From the NCBI GenBank assembly GCA_052168235.1, contig JBQLZK010000002.1:32001-96000 (forward strand): a DNA stretch of 64,000 nucleotides, given 5' to 3'. Under the pieces are notes generated by a model, which did no database searches, was not told the DNA's origin, and worked only from the letters and a program-made list of their open reading frames with translations. Within the stretch, counting starts at the first letter, position 1. Each line of letters starts with the position of its first letter. The position numbers and the translations under genes are program-made. Shown one piece after another: positions 51,238 through 62,000 of this stretch. The stretch comes from Thainema sp. Lineage in GTDB: Bacteria; Cyanobacteriota; Cyanobacteriia; Phormidesmidales; Phormidesmidaceae.

Positions 51238-52986
51238 ATGGCTCGTTCTCAACTGCATAAACTAGGCACCTACCTGCGCCCCCACTGGAGACTAGAAACA
51301 ATCGGAATCCTATGCCTGTTTGCCGTGAATGGACTTGGCACCTGGATTCCCTTGATCATTCGAGACAGCGTCGATGAACTCCAAGTGACGTTCGACTTCA
51401 ACCAAGTTTTGCGCTATGTCGTGCAGATTTTGGTGATGGCAACCATCATGCTGGGTTTCCGAATGGTCTCACGCATTGTGCTGTTTGGCGTGGGGCGACA
51501 GGTCGAGTTTGACCTCAAGCAAAAGATTTTTCGCCACTTGTTGACCCTTGAACCGGCCTATTTCGCTCGCAATACAGCCGGGGAGTTAATCAGTCGCGCC
51601 ACCAGCGACGTGGATAATATTCGACGGCTGGTCGGCTTTGCCGTCTTAAGTTTGGCCAACACCATCTTTGCCTATGCGATTCGACTACCTGCCATGCTGT
51701 TTATCAACGTGCGCTTGACCCTGGCAGCGATTGTGATTTACCCCATCATGCTGATTCTGGTGCAAGCCTTTAGCCACAAACTGCGCTCAGAGCAGCTCAA
51801 TGTGCAGGAACGTCTATCAGACTTGAGTGATTTGATCCAGGAAGATATGAGCGGTATGCCGCTGATCAAAATTTATGCTCAAGAAGAAAACGAACGCCGC
51901 GCCTTTCACCAGCGGAATCAGAAATTACTGGGGGCAAACCTAGCACTGGCCAAAACTCGCAATACGCTATTTCCCCTGCTGGGCGGACTAGCCAGCATCA
52001 GCTTATTGATTCTGCTGGCGTTAGGAGCTGGAGCCATCTCTACAGGGCAAATTTCTGTGGGCGACTTTGTTGCGCTGCTAATTTATGTTGAGCAGCTCGT
52101 CTTTCCCACTGCGCTGCTCGGCTTCACGATTACGGCTTATCAGCGTGGTGAGGTCAGTATTGATCGAGTAGAAGCTATTCTGACCGCTCAACCGCAAATT
52201 AAAAATGAACCAGATGCCATCGATTTACCGTTGGAAGATGTATCCGGACGACTAGAAGCACGACAGTTGACCTATACCTATCCCGATGCTGCCGAACCGG
52301 CTTTGCTCTCAGTCAATTTTTCACTCAATCCCGGTGAAACCATTGCTATTGTTGGCCCAATCGGTTCTGGTAAATCGACTCTAGCTAATGCTTTACCGCG
52401 TTTACTGGATATTGAACCAGGTCAACTCTTTCTGGACGGGATTGACGTGACCCGTATTCGGCTCCAGGATCTGCGACGTGCGATCGCATATGTTCCCCAA
52501 GACAGCTTTCTGTTCAGCACATTAATTAAAGACAATATCCGATACGGCGACCCCTTAGCCTTCCAAACAGACGTAGAACATGCCGCCAAAGAAGCGCAAA
52601 TCCATGAAGAAGTTCTCAATTTTCCAAAGCAATACGAGACCATCGTTGGAGAACGCGGCATCACTCTATCGGGAGGTCAGCGTCAGCGCACTGCTTTGTC
52701 CCGTGCGTTACTCGTGGACTCATCCATCCTGATTTTGGATGATGCTTTATCCAGCGTCGACAACCAAACTGCCACCCGTATCCTCAATAACTTGTCCACA
52801 GGCACACAGCGCAAAACCGTACTGTTTATTACCCACCAAATGTCTGCCGCCGCCACCGCCGATCGCATTTTGGTCATGGAGGCTGGTCAAATTGTCCAAT
52901 CAGGCTCTCATACTGAACTCGTTAGCCAACCGGGGCTATACCAATCCCTCTGGGAGCAGCACAAGCTCGAAGAAATTTTGCAGTAA
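51238..52986 (+). CDS. ABC exporter, fused permease/ATPase (MdlA-like)
   Basis: TM domain plus GPIGSGKS, VPQD, LSGGQRQR, ILDD. Confidence 0.93.
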   Translation: MARSQLHKLGTYLRPHWRLETIGILCLFAVNGLGTWIPLIIRDSVDELQVTFDFNQVLRYVVQILVMATIMLGFRMVSRIVLFGVGRQVEFDLKQKIFRHLLTLEPAYFARNTAGELISRATSDVDNIRRLVGFAVLSLANTIFAYAIRLPAMLFINVRLTLAAIVIYPIMLILVQAFSHKLRSEQLNVQERLSDLSDLIQEDMSGMPLIKIYAQEENERRAFHQRNQKLLGANLALAKTRNTLFPLLGGLASISLLILLALGAGAISTGQISVGDFVALLIYVEQLVFPTALLGFTITAYQRGEVSIDRVEAILTAQPQIKNEPDAIDLPLEDVSGRLEARQLTYTYPDAAEPALLSVNFSLNPGETIAIVGPIGSGKSTLANALPRLLDIEPGQLFLDGIDVTRIRLQDLRRAIAYVPQDSFLFSTLIKDNIRYGDPLAFQTDVEHAAKEAQIHEEVLNFPKQYETIVGERGITLSGGQRQRTALSRALLVDSSILILDDALSSVDNQTATRILNNLSTGTQRKTVLFITHQMSAAATADRILVMEAGQIVQSGSHTELVSQPGLYQSLWEQHKLEEILQ

Positions 52987-53255
52987 ACCCGCATCTTGCA
53001 CTGAATCTCCAAAATTACACTTTAAAGCTCTTGTTGTTTGGTTCTTGCTCTATAGAGCAAGTTCAACTATGTAGCAGCTCAATAATCTTTGGTGAAAGCT
53101 CCGCTTAGAATGGGTTTCACTGAAGATTAGTGCTTATCTTGGTAGCAGATTTTGTATGACAATTTACGGTGAGTGCGTGTGCAGATGACTGGTTTCCATG
53201 AGCAAATTTGGTATACGACGGGCAAACTGATCTAGACCACTATCATTGGCGCAGT

Positions 53256-54134
53256 ATGGTTTCGTTATTGCACAAATTAAATTACTATCGGCAAACCGTC
53301 CCACGAGAACTGCCGTACTGGATGCGAGATCAGATCCGGCTAACACTGCAAGCCCCTAGCCTTGAGCAGGTTGTCAATCAGCGAGAAATTCGAGTTTTAG
53401 GCCTGCGTCGCAGCGGAAATCACGCCATTATTAACTGGATACGCCATCAGCTGTCTGGTAACATCTGGCATTTGAACAACATTCGGCCCGATAAAAATCC
53501 CTATCGGGTTTTGTATCAGCACTACCCCAAAGATCATCTCAAGCCAGAGGCTTGGGGCAATTTCACGCCGAAAGATGCATTAATTTATTCCTATGAGGAC
53601 TATCGCCTAAGCGATATTGTCACCTCTAAAACCACGGCTCATCATGACCTCTATCTAGGCCGCAGCGCCCAAACAACTACCATTTTGATTCTGCGCGATC
53701 CGTTCAACCTATTTGCCAGCCGCCTCAAACAGGGATTTATTAAAGTCAAATCTCCTGCCCACAGCATGGTCGATTTGTGGTTGGAATATGCACAAGAATT
53801 TGTGAGGGAGAGCCAGTTTTTGGATGATTCCACCATCTTCGTAAACTACAATGAATGGTTTCGCAGCCCAGCCTACCGTCAAACCATTGCGGCTCAACTA
53901 AACATCCCATTCTCCGACGCAGGACTGGAACAGGTTAAGTCCCAAGGCGGCGGCAGTTCGTTTGATGGGCAAGCTTTGCAGGGACGTGCCCAAGAAATGA
54001 GCGTGTGCGATCGCTGGCAGCACTTTGCCACCGATCCAACCTATCTCCAGCTCCTCTCAAATCCCGCCATCAGCCATTATTCAGAACTTATTTTTGGCCA
54101 TATCCCTGGCACAGAAATTACTTCACAAACCTAG
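53256..54134 (+). CDS. Putative sulfotransferase
   Basis: GLRRSGNHA (5'-PSB-like loop) and LRDPFNLFASR (3'-PB-like motif). Confidence 0.7.
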   Translation: MVSLLHKLNYYRQTVPRELPYWMRDQIRLTLQAPSLEQVVNQREIRVLGLRRSGNHAIINWIRHQLSGNIWHLNNIRPDKNPYRVLYQHYPKDHLKPEAWGNFTPKDALIYSYEDYRLSDIVTSKTTAHHDLYLGRSAQTTTILILRDPFNLFASRLKQGFIKVKSPAHSMVDLWLEYAQEFVRESQFLDDSTIFVNYNEWFRSPAYRQTIAAQLNIPFSDAGLEQVKSQGGGSSFDGQALQGRAQEMSVCDRWQHFATDPTYLQLLSNPAISHYSELIFGHIPGTEITSQT

Positions 54135-54175
54135 ACTACAAACCGAAAGGTAAACAGAAGGTGATGAAGGAGAAG

Positions 54176-55621
54176 CTAAGCTGTACGGTCTGGTAGCCAT
54201 GTCGCCAATTCATTTTTGATCCCTGAATAGGCCGGATCACCTGCTAAATTTGTCCATTCATTTGGATCAGTCTGATGATCATAAAATTCTTCAGTTCCAT
54301 CAGAGTAGCGAATGAGCCGGAATTGCTCGGAACGGACGCTGGAATGAGCAGACCATGTTGTAATAGCTGGGTAATTCCATTCTGCTGCTGGATTCTTCAA
54401 TAATGGAACTATACTTCGCCCATCTATATCAGCGTTTGAATTGGTATCTAAATTTAGTCCACATAATTCAATTAGAGTTGGATAAATATCGATTAAACTG
54501 ACAGGCCGGCTACAGACCTGCCCTAACTGATTATTCTGCTGATACATAGATGGAGGAAACCTGAAAATAAGTGGAATTCGAGTTGCTTCTTCCCAGAGCG
54601 TAAATTTTCGCCAGTGCAACTTTTCACCCAAATGCCAGCCATGATCCGACCAGAGGACTACTATAGTGTTATCTCTGTATGGACTAGCATCCAGTGCAGT
54701 TAAAACTTGCCCTAACATTTCATCCATAAAGTAGATTGAGGCCAGATAGGCTTGAACAGCCTGCTGATACTGATTATGCTTTAAGACTTTTGAGTGATCA
54801 TCTTGGGGATGAGCGAGTTTAACTCCAGCTAGAGGAATATCATTAAGATCGTCATCTTTAATGATGGGAAGCTGAATATTTTCTAAGGGAAATTCATCAA
54901 AATACTTTGAAGGAAGATACCAAGGTAGATGAGGACGAAAGAATCCGCAAGCCAAGAAAAAAGGACGTTCATCGCTTTCAGTACTCAACGTTTGAAGCTG
55001 TTCAATAATCCAGCTTGCAACATTGACGTCATACATATCTTGAGTCTGATTCGAAATCGGGCCCCAATCAAAAATACCTGGATTTGGTAAGCCATTTAAG
55101 GGTGGATTATCAGGAAAAGGCCCTGGATTGATTGCACCATTACTCGGAAAATAATCATTCCATCCTTCTCGCTGTATATCAGTTAAGCTTTCGCCATTGT
55201 GATAAATTTTTCCTGCACCTTTAACCTGATAACCATTTTGTTGGAATAGTTGAGGAATGGTAACTGCGTCAGGCAAAATTTTGCGCCAAAACGTTTTGTT
55301 GTCGTATAGTCCTGATCGATAAGGCTCAATTCCGGTTAAGACGGCTGTTCTCGAAGCATTACAGGAGGGAGCAGAACAGTATGCTTGGCTAAAAAGAATG
55401 CCCTGATTGGCTAGACGATCTAAATGAGGTGTCTTAGCTTGCGGATGGCCCTTTAGAACTCCAACCCAATCATTTAAATCATCGATGCTGATAAATAGCA
55501 CATTAGGCTGCGAGGATCGAGTGGAAAAACTGTTGTTCACTGCCCTTTGCTTTTGACAATTAGTAGCTAAAGCTGAGAGAAGTGAAGCACCTGATAATAA
55601 GCAAAAGTCTCGTCGTTTCAT
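54176..55621 (-). CDS. Formylglycine-dependent sulfatase (iduronate/choline sulfatase-like), Tat lipoprotein
   Basis: KRRDF twin-Arg, PNVLFISIDDL, CNASR..LTG, GKIYH, PHLP, SDHG..LGEK. Confidence 0.9.
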   Translation of the reverse strand: MKRRDFCLLSGASLLSALATNCQKQRAVNNSFSTRSSQPNVLFISIDDLNDWVGVLKGHPQAKTPHLDRLANQGILFSQAYCSAPSCNASRTAVLTGIEPYRSGLYDNKTFWRKILPDAVTIPQLFQQNGYQVKGAGKIYHNGESLTDIQREGWNDYFPSNGAINPGPFPDNPPLNGLPNPGIFDWGPISNQTQDMYDVNVASWIIEQLQTLSTESDERPFFLACGFFRPHLPWYLPSKYFDEFPLENIQLPIIKDDDLNDIPLAGVKLAHPQDDHSKVLKHNQYQQAVQAYLASIYFMDEMLGQVLTALDASPYRDNTIVVLWSDHGWHLGEKLHWRKFTLWEEATRIPLIFRFPPSMYQQNNQLGQVCSRPVSLIDIYPTLIELCGLNLDTNSNADIDGRSIVPLLKNPAAEWNYPAITTWSAHSSVRSEQFRLIRYSDGTEEFYDHQTDPNEWTNLAGDPAYSGIKNELATWLPDRTA

Positions 55622-55678
55622 CTAATCGCTGTTAGGGCTTTGATGGAAATTCCGTGGATAAGTAGAGTTGAATTCACC

Positions 55679-56371
55679 TTAATCTAAGGTCACTAACTCC
55701 GTACTGCTCAATGGCGCATAATTAAAACGTAGTTTAAAGTGATCAGCAAATTGCTGGATCAGAACAGGTTCCACATCGGCACGAGTGATACCTGGCATAA
55801 ATTGTGCTAGGCTCCCGACTGGTTTGTCCGTGATGCCACAGGGCACGATGTGCTGAAAACCAGCCAAATCAGGGCAGATGTTGAGGGCAAAGCCGTGCAT
55901 AGTAATCCATCGACTGGCCTTGATGCCGATTGCAGCTACTTTACAGTCTGCAATCCAAACTCCAGTTAAACCTGGAATTCGCTGTCCTGTTAAGCCCAGA
56001 TGAGCCAAGGTTTGAATTAATATTTCTTCAAGTTGGCGTAAGTACCAATGTAAGTCTTTTTGATGTCGGACTAGGTTCAATATCGGATAGCCAACTAACT
56101 GTCCGGGCGTGTGATAGGTGATTTCGCCGCCCCGCTCAACTCGATACAATTCGACATCAAGACTAGCGGGATCACTCTTAAGAAATTCTAAACTTGCGCC
56201 TTGCCCAAGGGTGTAGACTGAGGGATGCTCTAGCAACAGTAAAACATCGGGTAAATCCGGCTGCTGACGGCGAGCTTCAACGAGTTGTTGCTGCCACTGC
56301 CAAGCGGTTGCATAAGGGATTTTTCCCATTTGATAAAGCTGGCAAATCGGCTGCGATCGCACATTAGGCAT
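55679..56371 (-). CDS. lipB: Octanoyltransferase LipB
   Basis: [36 protein letters not shown]. Confidence 0.95.
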   Translation of the reverse strand: MPNVRSQPICQLYQMGKIPYATAWQWQQQLVEARRQQPDLPDVLLLLEHPSVYTLGQGASLEFLKSDPASLDVELYRVERGGEITYHTPGQLVGYPILNLVRHQKDLHWYLRQLEEILIQTLAHLGLTGQRIPGLTGVWIADCKVAAIGIKASRWITMHGFALNICPDLAGFQHIVPCGITDKPVGSLAQFMPGITRADVEPVLIQQFADHFKLRFNYAPLSSTELVTLD

Positions 56372-56565
56372 AGCGAAGAAAGATGAAAAAAACAAGCGGA
56401 TTTTACCTGAAACTGGCTTGAAAATGTGACGAAACACGTCAAGAAACGTCAAGCCATGCAAAGGATCTTAAAGGAGTCTGTTGTCCAGAATACAAGGTGT
56501 TAGGGTGAAAGTATCCCACAGATCTACAGGGATGTAACACCCAATAAGTAAGGGGAGGAAGCTGT

Positions 56566-57219
56566 ATGAAGCTTGTTATCCAGGGTAAAAACATAGACAT
56601 CACAGACTCTATCTATGATTACGTCCATCAAAAAATTGAGAAGGCAGTGAGCCACTATGAAAATCTGACAACCGAAGTCGATGTGACATTGTCGGTGGCT
56701 CGTAATCCCCGGATAAATCCAAAGCAAACGGCTGAAGTTACGATCTACGCTAATGGAACGGTTGTTCGTGCAGAAGAAAGCAGCGAAAACCTTTATGCCA
56801 GTATCGATTTAGTCGCCAACAAGATTGCTCGCCAGTTGCGCAAGTATAAGGGTAAGCGAAATCGCAAATCGCACACAACTGCCAAACCCAATGAAGTGTT
56901 CCGTGGTCAGCAGATCACGACGGATGTTTCACGTGTCCTACATGAGCGTCAGCCAGAGCTGCCATCGGAAGTAGTGCGGGCAAAGTACTTTGCCATGCCG
57001 CCGATGACCGTTGCAGAGGCACTAGAGCAGCTAGAGCTTGTGGATCATGATTTTTACATGTTCCTCAATGCAGATACTGATGAGATCAACGTGATTTATG
57101 AACGGAATCACGGTGGGTATGGTCTCTTGCAACCCCGCAAAGCTAATCATCATGAGAATGGCAATGGCTTCCATGCTGAGATGGAAGAAGAAGCCCTCGA
57201 AGCGTTAAGCCAAAGCTAG
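56566..57219 (+). CDS. lrtA: Ribosome hibernation factor, long HPF (LrtA)
   Basis: [34 protein letters not shown]-like [11 protein letters not shown]. Confidence 0.93.
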   Translation: MKLVIQGKNIDITDSIYDYVHQKIEKAVSHYENLTTEVDVTLSVARNPRINPKQTAEVTIYANGTVVRAEESSENLYASIDLVANKIARQLRKYKGKRNRKSHTTAKPNEVFRGQQITTDVSRVLHERQPELPSEVVRAKYFAMPPMTVAEALEQLELVDHDFYMFLNADTDEINVIYERNHGGYGLLQPRKANHHENGNGFHAEMEEEALEALSQS

Positions 57220-57225
57220 ACAACG

Positions 57226-57309
57226 CTAAATTCCCAATACTCTTATAAAGTCCCAAAGAGCCATGATGCCGTCGCAACGCGACGGCATCATGGCTCTTTG
57301 GGACTTTAG
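57226..57309. repeat. MITE-like hairpin between convergent genes (30-bp perfect stem)
   Basis: CTAAATTCCCAA...TTGGGACTTTAG ends; stem 57246-57308 with GC-aac-GC apex. Confidence 0.65.
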
Positions 57310-57332
57310 GATCTGGCAACAGGGCAATCTTT

Positions 57333-58127
57333 TTAGCGTAAAGGCCACCAAGAGACCTTGTCGCGTGTAGCGCTGTAAGCTTCTTTGAGTCCTTCTGGAT
57401 TCGTGACATGCACGATATCGTTGCTGCCGTCGGATGCTTTACCTGATTTCAAGAGCCCAACTTTAATCATTCCTTTTAACACCTGCTCGACGGTGCGATG
57501 ATTAAGCTGGCAGGCTTTAGCGATGATATCTACGGGGAGGTCGAAATCAAACGTGGCGGTGTCATCAGGCAGGTGCCGCAGCGTGCGCTCTTGATAAACT
57601 AACGCCCGTAACAACGAGGCAACAGCTTGAGGCGGATAGGCGCTACAGTTCAGCAGATGGTACTGAAACTTTTCCCGCAGTTCGAACAGCATGTTGTAGC
57701 GATCGCAAAATAGAGCATTGTTTTCGTAGAGCGCTTGAATCGCTGCCACAGGAATTTTGACGACATCCGTGGTTTTATAGGCTTCCACCAAACTAGGAAA
57801 CGCACGGCAGACTTTACCGTAAGCAAAATCCAAATTACGCATCCCGAAGCAGCCGCCGGGATAAGTAACGGCAATAATCCGATCGAGCGGTGTACTGCGA
57901 ATCACCACTGGCCCACCCGCCGTAACCACATAAAGGTGCTCAAGGGAATGATCAGGACGAAATGCCGTGTAGATCGGACGACTGGAGTACAGTTTTTCGA
58001 CAATGAGCTGATTGGAATCGAGATAAGTTGCGACATCGGCAGCATTCATACCCTGGAACAAAAAATTGCCCTGAATCAACAGGTCGATGAGGTCAGATGG
58101 AGCTAAATGCTTTGCCTGCTTTGTCAT
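57333..58127 (-). CDS. Crp/Fnr-family regulator (divergent cNMP-binding domain plus HTH)
   Basis: NFLFQG, LYVV..G, PGGCFG; C-terminal IAKACQLNHRTVEQVLK. Confidence 0.7.
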   Translation of the reverse strand: MTKQAKHLAPSDLIDLLIQGNFLFQGMNAADVATYLDSNQLIVEKLYSSRPIYTAFRPDHSLEHLYVVTAGGPVVIRSTPLDRIIAVTYPGGCFGMRNLDFAYGKVCRAFPSLVEAYKTTDVVKIPVAAIQALYENNALFCDRYNMLFELREKFQYHLLNCSAYPPQAVASLLRALVYQERTLRHLPDDTATFDFDLPVDIIAKACQLNHRTVEQVLKGMIKVGLLKSGKASDGSNDIVHVTNPEGLKEAYSATRDKVSWWPLR

Positions 58128-58532
58128 GCCGATGCTCCCGACGAGTTAGCCAACCTATTGTGGCATATGGAATCAAGATTTTTGGGCCGTCTCAAGAATT
58201 GGGGCTGATGAGTTTCATGAAAGCTGTAGCGTGCTACCAGCATAATCTTTCAGGCTTTAGATTAACTCCGCGAGCGCGGTCTATTGGCAGATTTAGTGTG
58301 AGTTTTCGATAAAGCTAAATTAAATCGATTTGAATCTGAATACATTTAAGATACACTCAGGAATCAAATGCATTTGCATTCTTAGCCTTGTGAAAGGCTG
58401 CTCAAGTTAAAGGTGCTGTTTCAGTTGAAGCAGTTTTCTTGTCTCAGCGTTGATTCCGTTCAACATTGATTGATGAATGTGGGCACACTATGACCGCTCC
58501 ACTCCCTCGCTCTATTTCTCAAGGGATCTGAT

Positions 58533-60446
58533 ATGCAAATTACACGGTTCAGATTTTTACGTGGATCTTGGCGGCGCAGTCCGTGGCAAAGTCTTGGCTT
58601 ACTGGTTTTGCTGGGTGCTGGGTTGAGTGTTGGTATAGCCTTAATCGGCGGAACAGAGCTTGCGCTACCGCTGGATTTGACTTGGCAGGGTTGGCTTGCG
58701 ATCGCAGTTACTGTATTGGCGTTCTTGCTCAATGCACTGACCCAACTACCAGCCGATATCGTGTTTTTGGGCGGCTTAGCCGTCCTTTTTTTGACGGGAG
58801 TACTGGATGAGCAGGCAGCTCTGGCCGGATTCAGTAATTCCGGTTTACTGACTGTAGGTGTGCTCTACATTGTGGTGATGGGCCTGCAACAAACGGGGGG
58901 ACTGGCCTGGATTTCCCAGCGCGTCTTGGGTTTACCAAAAGGATTATTTCGGGCGCTGTTACGTCTCATCTTGCCCGTCGTCGGTATGAGCGCTTTTTTG
59001 AACAACACGCCCGTTGTCGCCATGTTTGTTCCCGTGGTGAATGACTGGTCGCGTAAGTTACGCCTCAGCCCGTCGAAACTGATGATTCCGCTCAGCTATG
59101 CTGCGATTTTTGGCGGTATTTGTACGCTAATTGGTACCAGTACAAATCTGGTGGTCAACGGTTTGCTGATTGCCAATACGGATTCTCCTGGCCTGAGAAT
59201 GTTTGACATCACGCTAGTCAGCTTGCCCTGTGCGGCAGCGGGTTGTATTTACCTGCTGGCCGTCAATCGCTGGCTCCTGCCCGATCGCAAGCCCGCCCTG
59301 AGCAACTATGACGATCCCCGTGAGTACACTGTTGAAATGGTGGTTGAGCCCGGCAGTCCTCTAGCTGGTAAGAACATTGAGCAGGCTGGCTTGCGCCATT
59401 TGCCCGGACTGTATTTGGGTGAGATCGTGCGCGATGGCCGCATGATTGGAGCAGTTAGTCCCCAAGAAGTCCTACAGGAAGACGATCAACTGGTATTTGT
59501 TGGCGTTATTGACTCAATTGTCGATCTGCAAAAGCTGCGCGGCCTCAAACCTGCCACCAATCAAGTCTTTAAGCTGGATGAGCCACGGACAGAACGCTGC
59601 CTGATTGAAGCCGTGGTATCCAATACCTGCCCGATTGTGGGCCAAACCATTCGCGAAGGCCAGTTTCGCACTCGCTACAATGCTGTCGTGATCGCCGCTG
59701 CCCGCAATGGTGAACGCTTGCAGGGCAAAATTGGCGATATCATTCTGCGTCCGGGCGATACGCTCCTGCTGGAGGCCAGCCCTTCCTTTCTAGAGCGGCA
59801 GCGCGGCTCCCGCGATTTCTATTTGTTCAGCGCCGTGCCCAATTCGGAACCGTTGAACCACGATAAAGCTCCCCTAGCGCTAGCAATTTTGGTTGGTATG
59901 GTGCTGCTAGCGGCGTTTGGCTGGATGAGTATGCTACAGGCGGCGGTATTGGCATCGGTTTTGATGATTGTGACCCGCTGCTGTACGCCTGATAAAGCGT
60001 TGGGCAGCGTGGAATGGTCGGTGCTGCTCGTCATTGCAGCGGCATTAGGTATCGGTCAAGCCCTGGAAAGTACCGGAGCTGCAACCGCGATCGCAACTTC
60101 ATTTGTGTCCCTGGCAGGCGATAATCCCTGGATTGCCTTAACCGTGGTTTACGGGATCACCACGATTCTGACGGAGGTCATCACCAATAATGCGGCGGCG
60201 GCGCTGGTCTTTCCAATTGCACTGGCGGTTTCTCAAAGTTTAGACGTGAACTTTATGCCGTTTGCGATCGCAATTATGATTGGCGCATCGGCAAGTTTTG
60301 CCACTCCCATTGGCTATCAAACAAATCTGATGGTTTATGGCCCCGGTGGCTATAAGTTCACCGACTTCATGCGAATCGGCATCCCGCTCAATCTGCTGTT
60401 CTGGGTTCTAACCGTTACCATCACCCCTCTGGTTTACCCGTTCTAA
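58533..60446 (+). CDS. SLC13/DASS family permease with TrkA-C domains (Na+/sulfate-type)
   Basis: SAFLNNTPVVA, GTSTNL, two RCK_C repeats, TNNAAA, TPIGYQTN. Confidence 0.9.
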   Translation: MQITRFRFLRGSWRRSPWQSLGLLVLLGAGLSVGIALIGGTELALPLDLTWQGWLAIAVTVLAFLLNALTQLPADIVFLGGLAVLFLTGVLDEQAALAGFSNSGLLTVGVLYIVVMGLQQTGGLAWISQRVLGLPKGLFRALLRLILPVVGMSAFLNNTPVVAMFVPVVNDWSRKLRLSPSKLMIPLSYAAIFGGICTLIGTSTNLVVNGLLIANTDSPGLRMFDITLVSLPCAAAGCIYLLAVNRWLLPDRKPALSNYDDPREYTVEMVVEPGSPLAGKNIEQAGLRHLPGLYLGEIVRDGRMIGAVSPQEVLQEDDQLVFVGVIDSIVDLQKLRGLKPATNQVFKLDEPRTERCLIEAVVSNTCPIVGQTIREGQFRTRYNAVVIAAARNGERLQGKIGDIILRPGDTLLLEASPSFLERQRGSRDFYLFSAVPNSEPLNHDKAPLALAILVGMVLLAAFGWMSMLQAAVLASVLMIVTRCCTPDKALGSVEWSVLLVIAAALGIGQALESTGAATAIATSFVSLAGDNPWIALTVVYGITTILTEVITNNAAAALVFPIALAVSQSLDVNFMPFAIAIMIGASASFATPIGYQTNLMVYGPGGYKFTDFMRIGIPLNLLFWVLTVTITPLVYPF

Positions 60447-60458
60447 CGAAACGCTTCC

Positions 60459-60502
60459 AAAACAGTAAGCCCTGCCGCAACTGCGGCAGGGCTTACTGTT
60501 TT
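60459..60502. terminator. Bidirectional terminator hairpin
   Basis: AAAACAGTAAGCCCTGCCGC aact GCGGCAGGGCTTACTGTTTT. Confidence 0.75.
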
Positions 60503-60527
60503 TAGGCTAGTCAGAAATTCAGTCCCC

Positions 60528-60555
60528 GTCGGGACACGGCATGCCGTGTCTCTAC
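60528..60555. repeat. REP palindrome class 2 (variant)
   Basis: GTCGGGACACGGCATGCCGTGTCTCTAC. Confidence 0.7.
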
Positions 60556-60578
60556 AGCAGGCTCATCAACCCGCAATT

Positions 60579-61988
60579 CTAGAGTTGCTTCACTTCAGCC
60601 ACTAGCTCAGACACCACGTCTTTCGCGCTGCCGAACATCATCATGGTTTTGTTCTTGTAGAACAGCTCATTATCGATGCCCGCAAAGCCAGTATTCAGGC
60701 TGCGCTTAATCACAATGGTGTTTTTGGCTTTATCAACTTCAAGAATCGGCATCCCGTAGATAGGGCTGCTCTGGCTGTCCCGTGCCGCAGGATTCACCAC
60801 GTCATTGGCACCAATGACCAGAACCACATCTGTCCGATCGAACTCAGGATTAATGTCATCCATATCGGCAAGCTGCGTATACGGTACATTGGCCTCGGCT
60901 AGCAAGACGTTCATGTGACCTGGCATCCGGCCTGCAACGGGGTGAATCGCGTACTTCACACCCACGCCCAGCCGCTCTAGCTGATCAACAAGTTCCCGTA
61001 CCGAATGCTGCGCTTGAGCAACGGCCATACCGTAACCGGGCACAATCACCACGCTGCGAGCATAGCCGAGCATCATTGCGCCTTCTTCTGCTTCGATGGA
61101 ATGCACCACCTTATCAGTCACAGTGCCACCGCCACCTGTTGCACTGCCAGCCGCGCCATCTGTACCAAACGCACTAAACAAGACGTTGGTAATCGAGCGG
61201 TTCATCGCCTTACACATGATTTGGGTCAGGATAATCCCTGATGCACCAACCAATGCACCGGCAATGATCAGCATGTTGTTGCCCAAGATAAAGCCAGCGG
61301 CACTCGCAGCCAAACCCGAATAGGAGTTCAATAGCGAAATGACCACGGGCATGTCAGCCCCGCCAATCGGGATGACAAACAAAACTCCGAGTAGTGCCGA
61401 AACAGCCACTAATCCCAGAAATAGAGCGGAATTAGCCGGATTCCACAGCAGATAGCCACTACCCGCAAGAAACAGACCCGCTAGTACAATGCTAACGACC
61501 CGCTGCCCAGGAAATAAAATGGGGCTACCGGACATGATGCCTTGTAATTTTGCAAAAGCGACTAAGCTACCCGTCAGCGTAACGCCACCAATAAATACGC
61601 CAAGCACAGCAATCAGCGTGGCATCCAACGGGACTCGGCTCGGTTCACCCAGCAGTCGGTAAAACTCACCCACGGCAACGAGGGCTGATGCCGCACCGCC
61701 TAAACCGTTGAGTAAACCTACCATCTGTGGCATATCAGTCATTTCGACTTTGCGAGCTGCGATCGCACCAATCAGCGAACCGATAATGATCCCCACCAGA
61801 ATCATTTCGTAGTTGAGGACGTTCTGGTTTAAAAGCGTGGCGACTATTGCTGCCAACATGCCGACTGAAGCGAGAATATTACCTTGACGGGCTGTGGCAG
61901 GCGATCCCAGTCGTTTGAGACCGACAATAAATAAGGAGGCGGCCAGCAGATATGTGAGTTCGATTCCGGTATTTAACATTGAATTCAT
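60579..61988 (-). CDS. pntB: NAD(P) transhydrogenase beta subunit
   Basis: IGGADMPVVIS.LNSYSG, VPGYGMAVAQAQ, HPVAGRMPGHMNVLLAEA. Confidence 0.97.
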   Translation of the reverse strand: MNSMLNTGIELTYLLAASLFIVGLKRLGSPATARQGNILASVGMLAAIVATLLNQNVLNYEMILVGIIIGSLIGAIAARKVEMTDMPQMVGLLNGLGGAASALVAVGEFYRLLGEPSRVPLDATLIAVLGVFIGGVTLTGSLVAFAKLQGIMSGSPILFPGQRVVSIVLAGLFLAGSGYLLWNPANSALFLGLVAVSALLGVLFVIPIGGADMPVVISLLNSYSGLAASAAGFILGNNMLIIAGALVGASGIILTQIMCKAMNRSITNVLFSAFGTDGAAGSATGGGGTVTDKVVHSIEAEEGAMMLGYARSVVIVPGYGMAVAQAQHSVRELVDQLERLGVGVKYAIHPVAGRMPGHMNVLLAEANVPYTQLADMDDINPEFDRTDVVLVIGANDVVNPAARDSQSSPIYGMPILEVDKAKNTIVIKRSLNTGFAGIDNELFYKNKTMMMFGSAKDVVSELVAEVKQL

Positions 61989-62000
61989 GCCTTCACCTCC

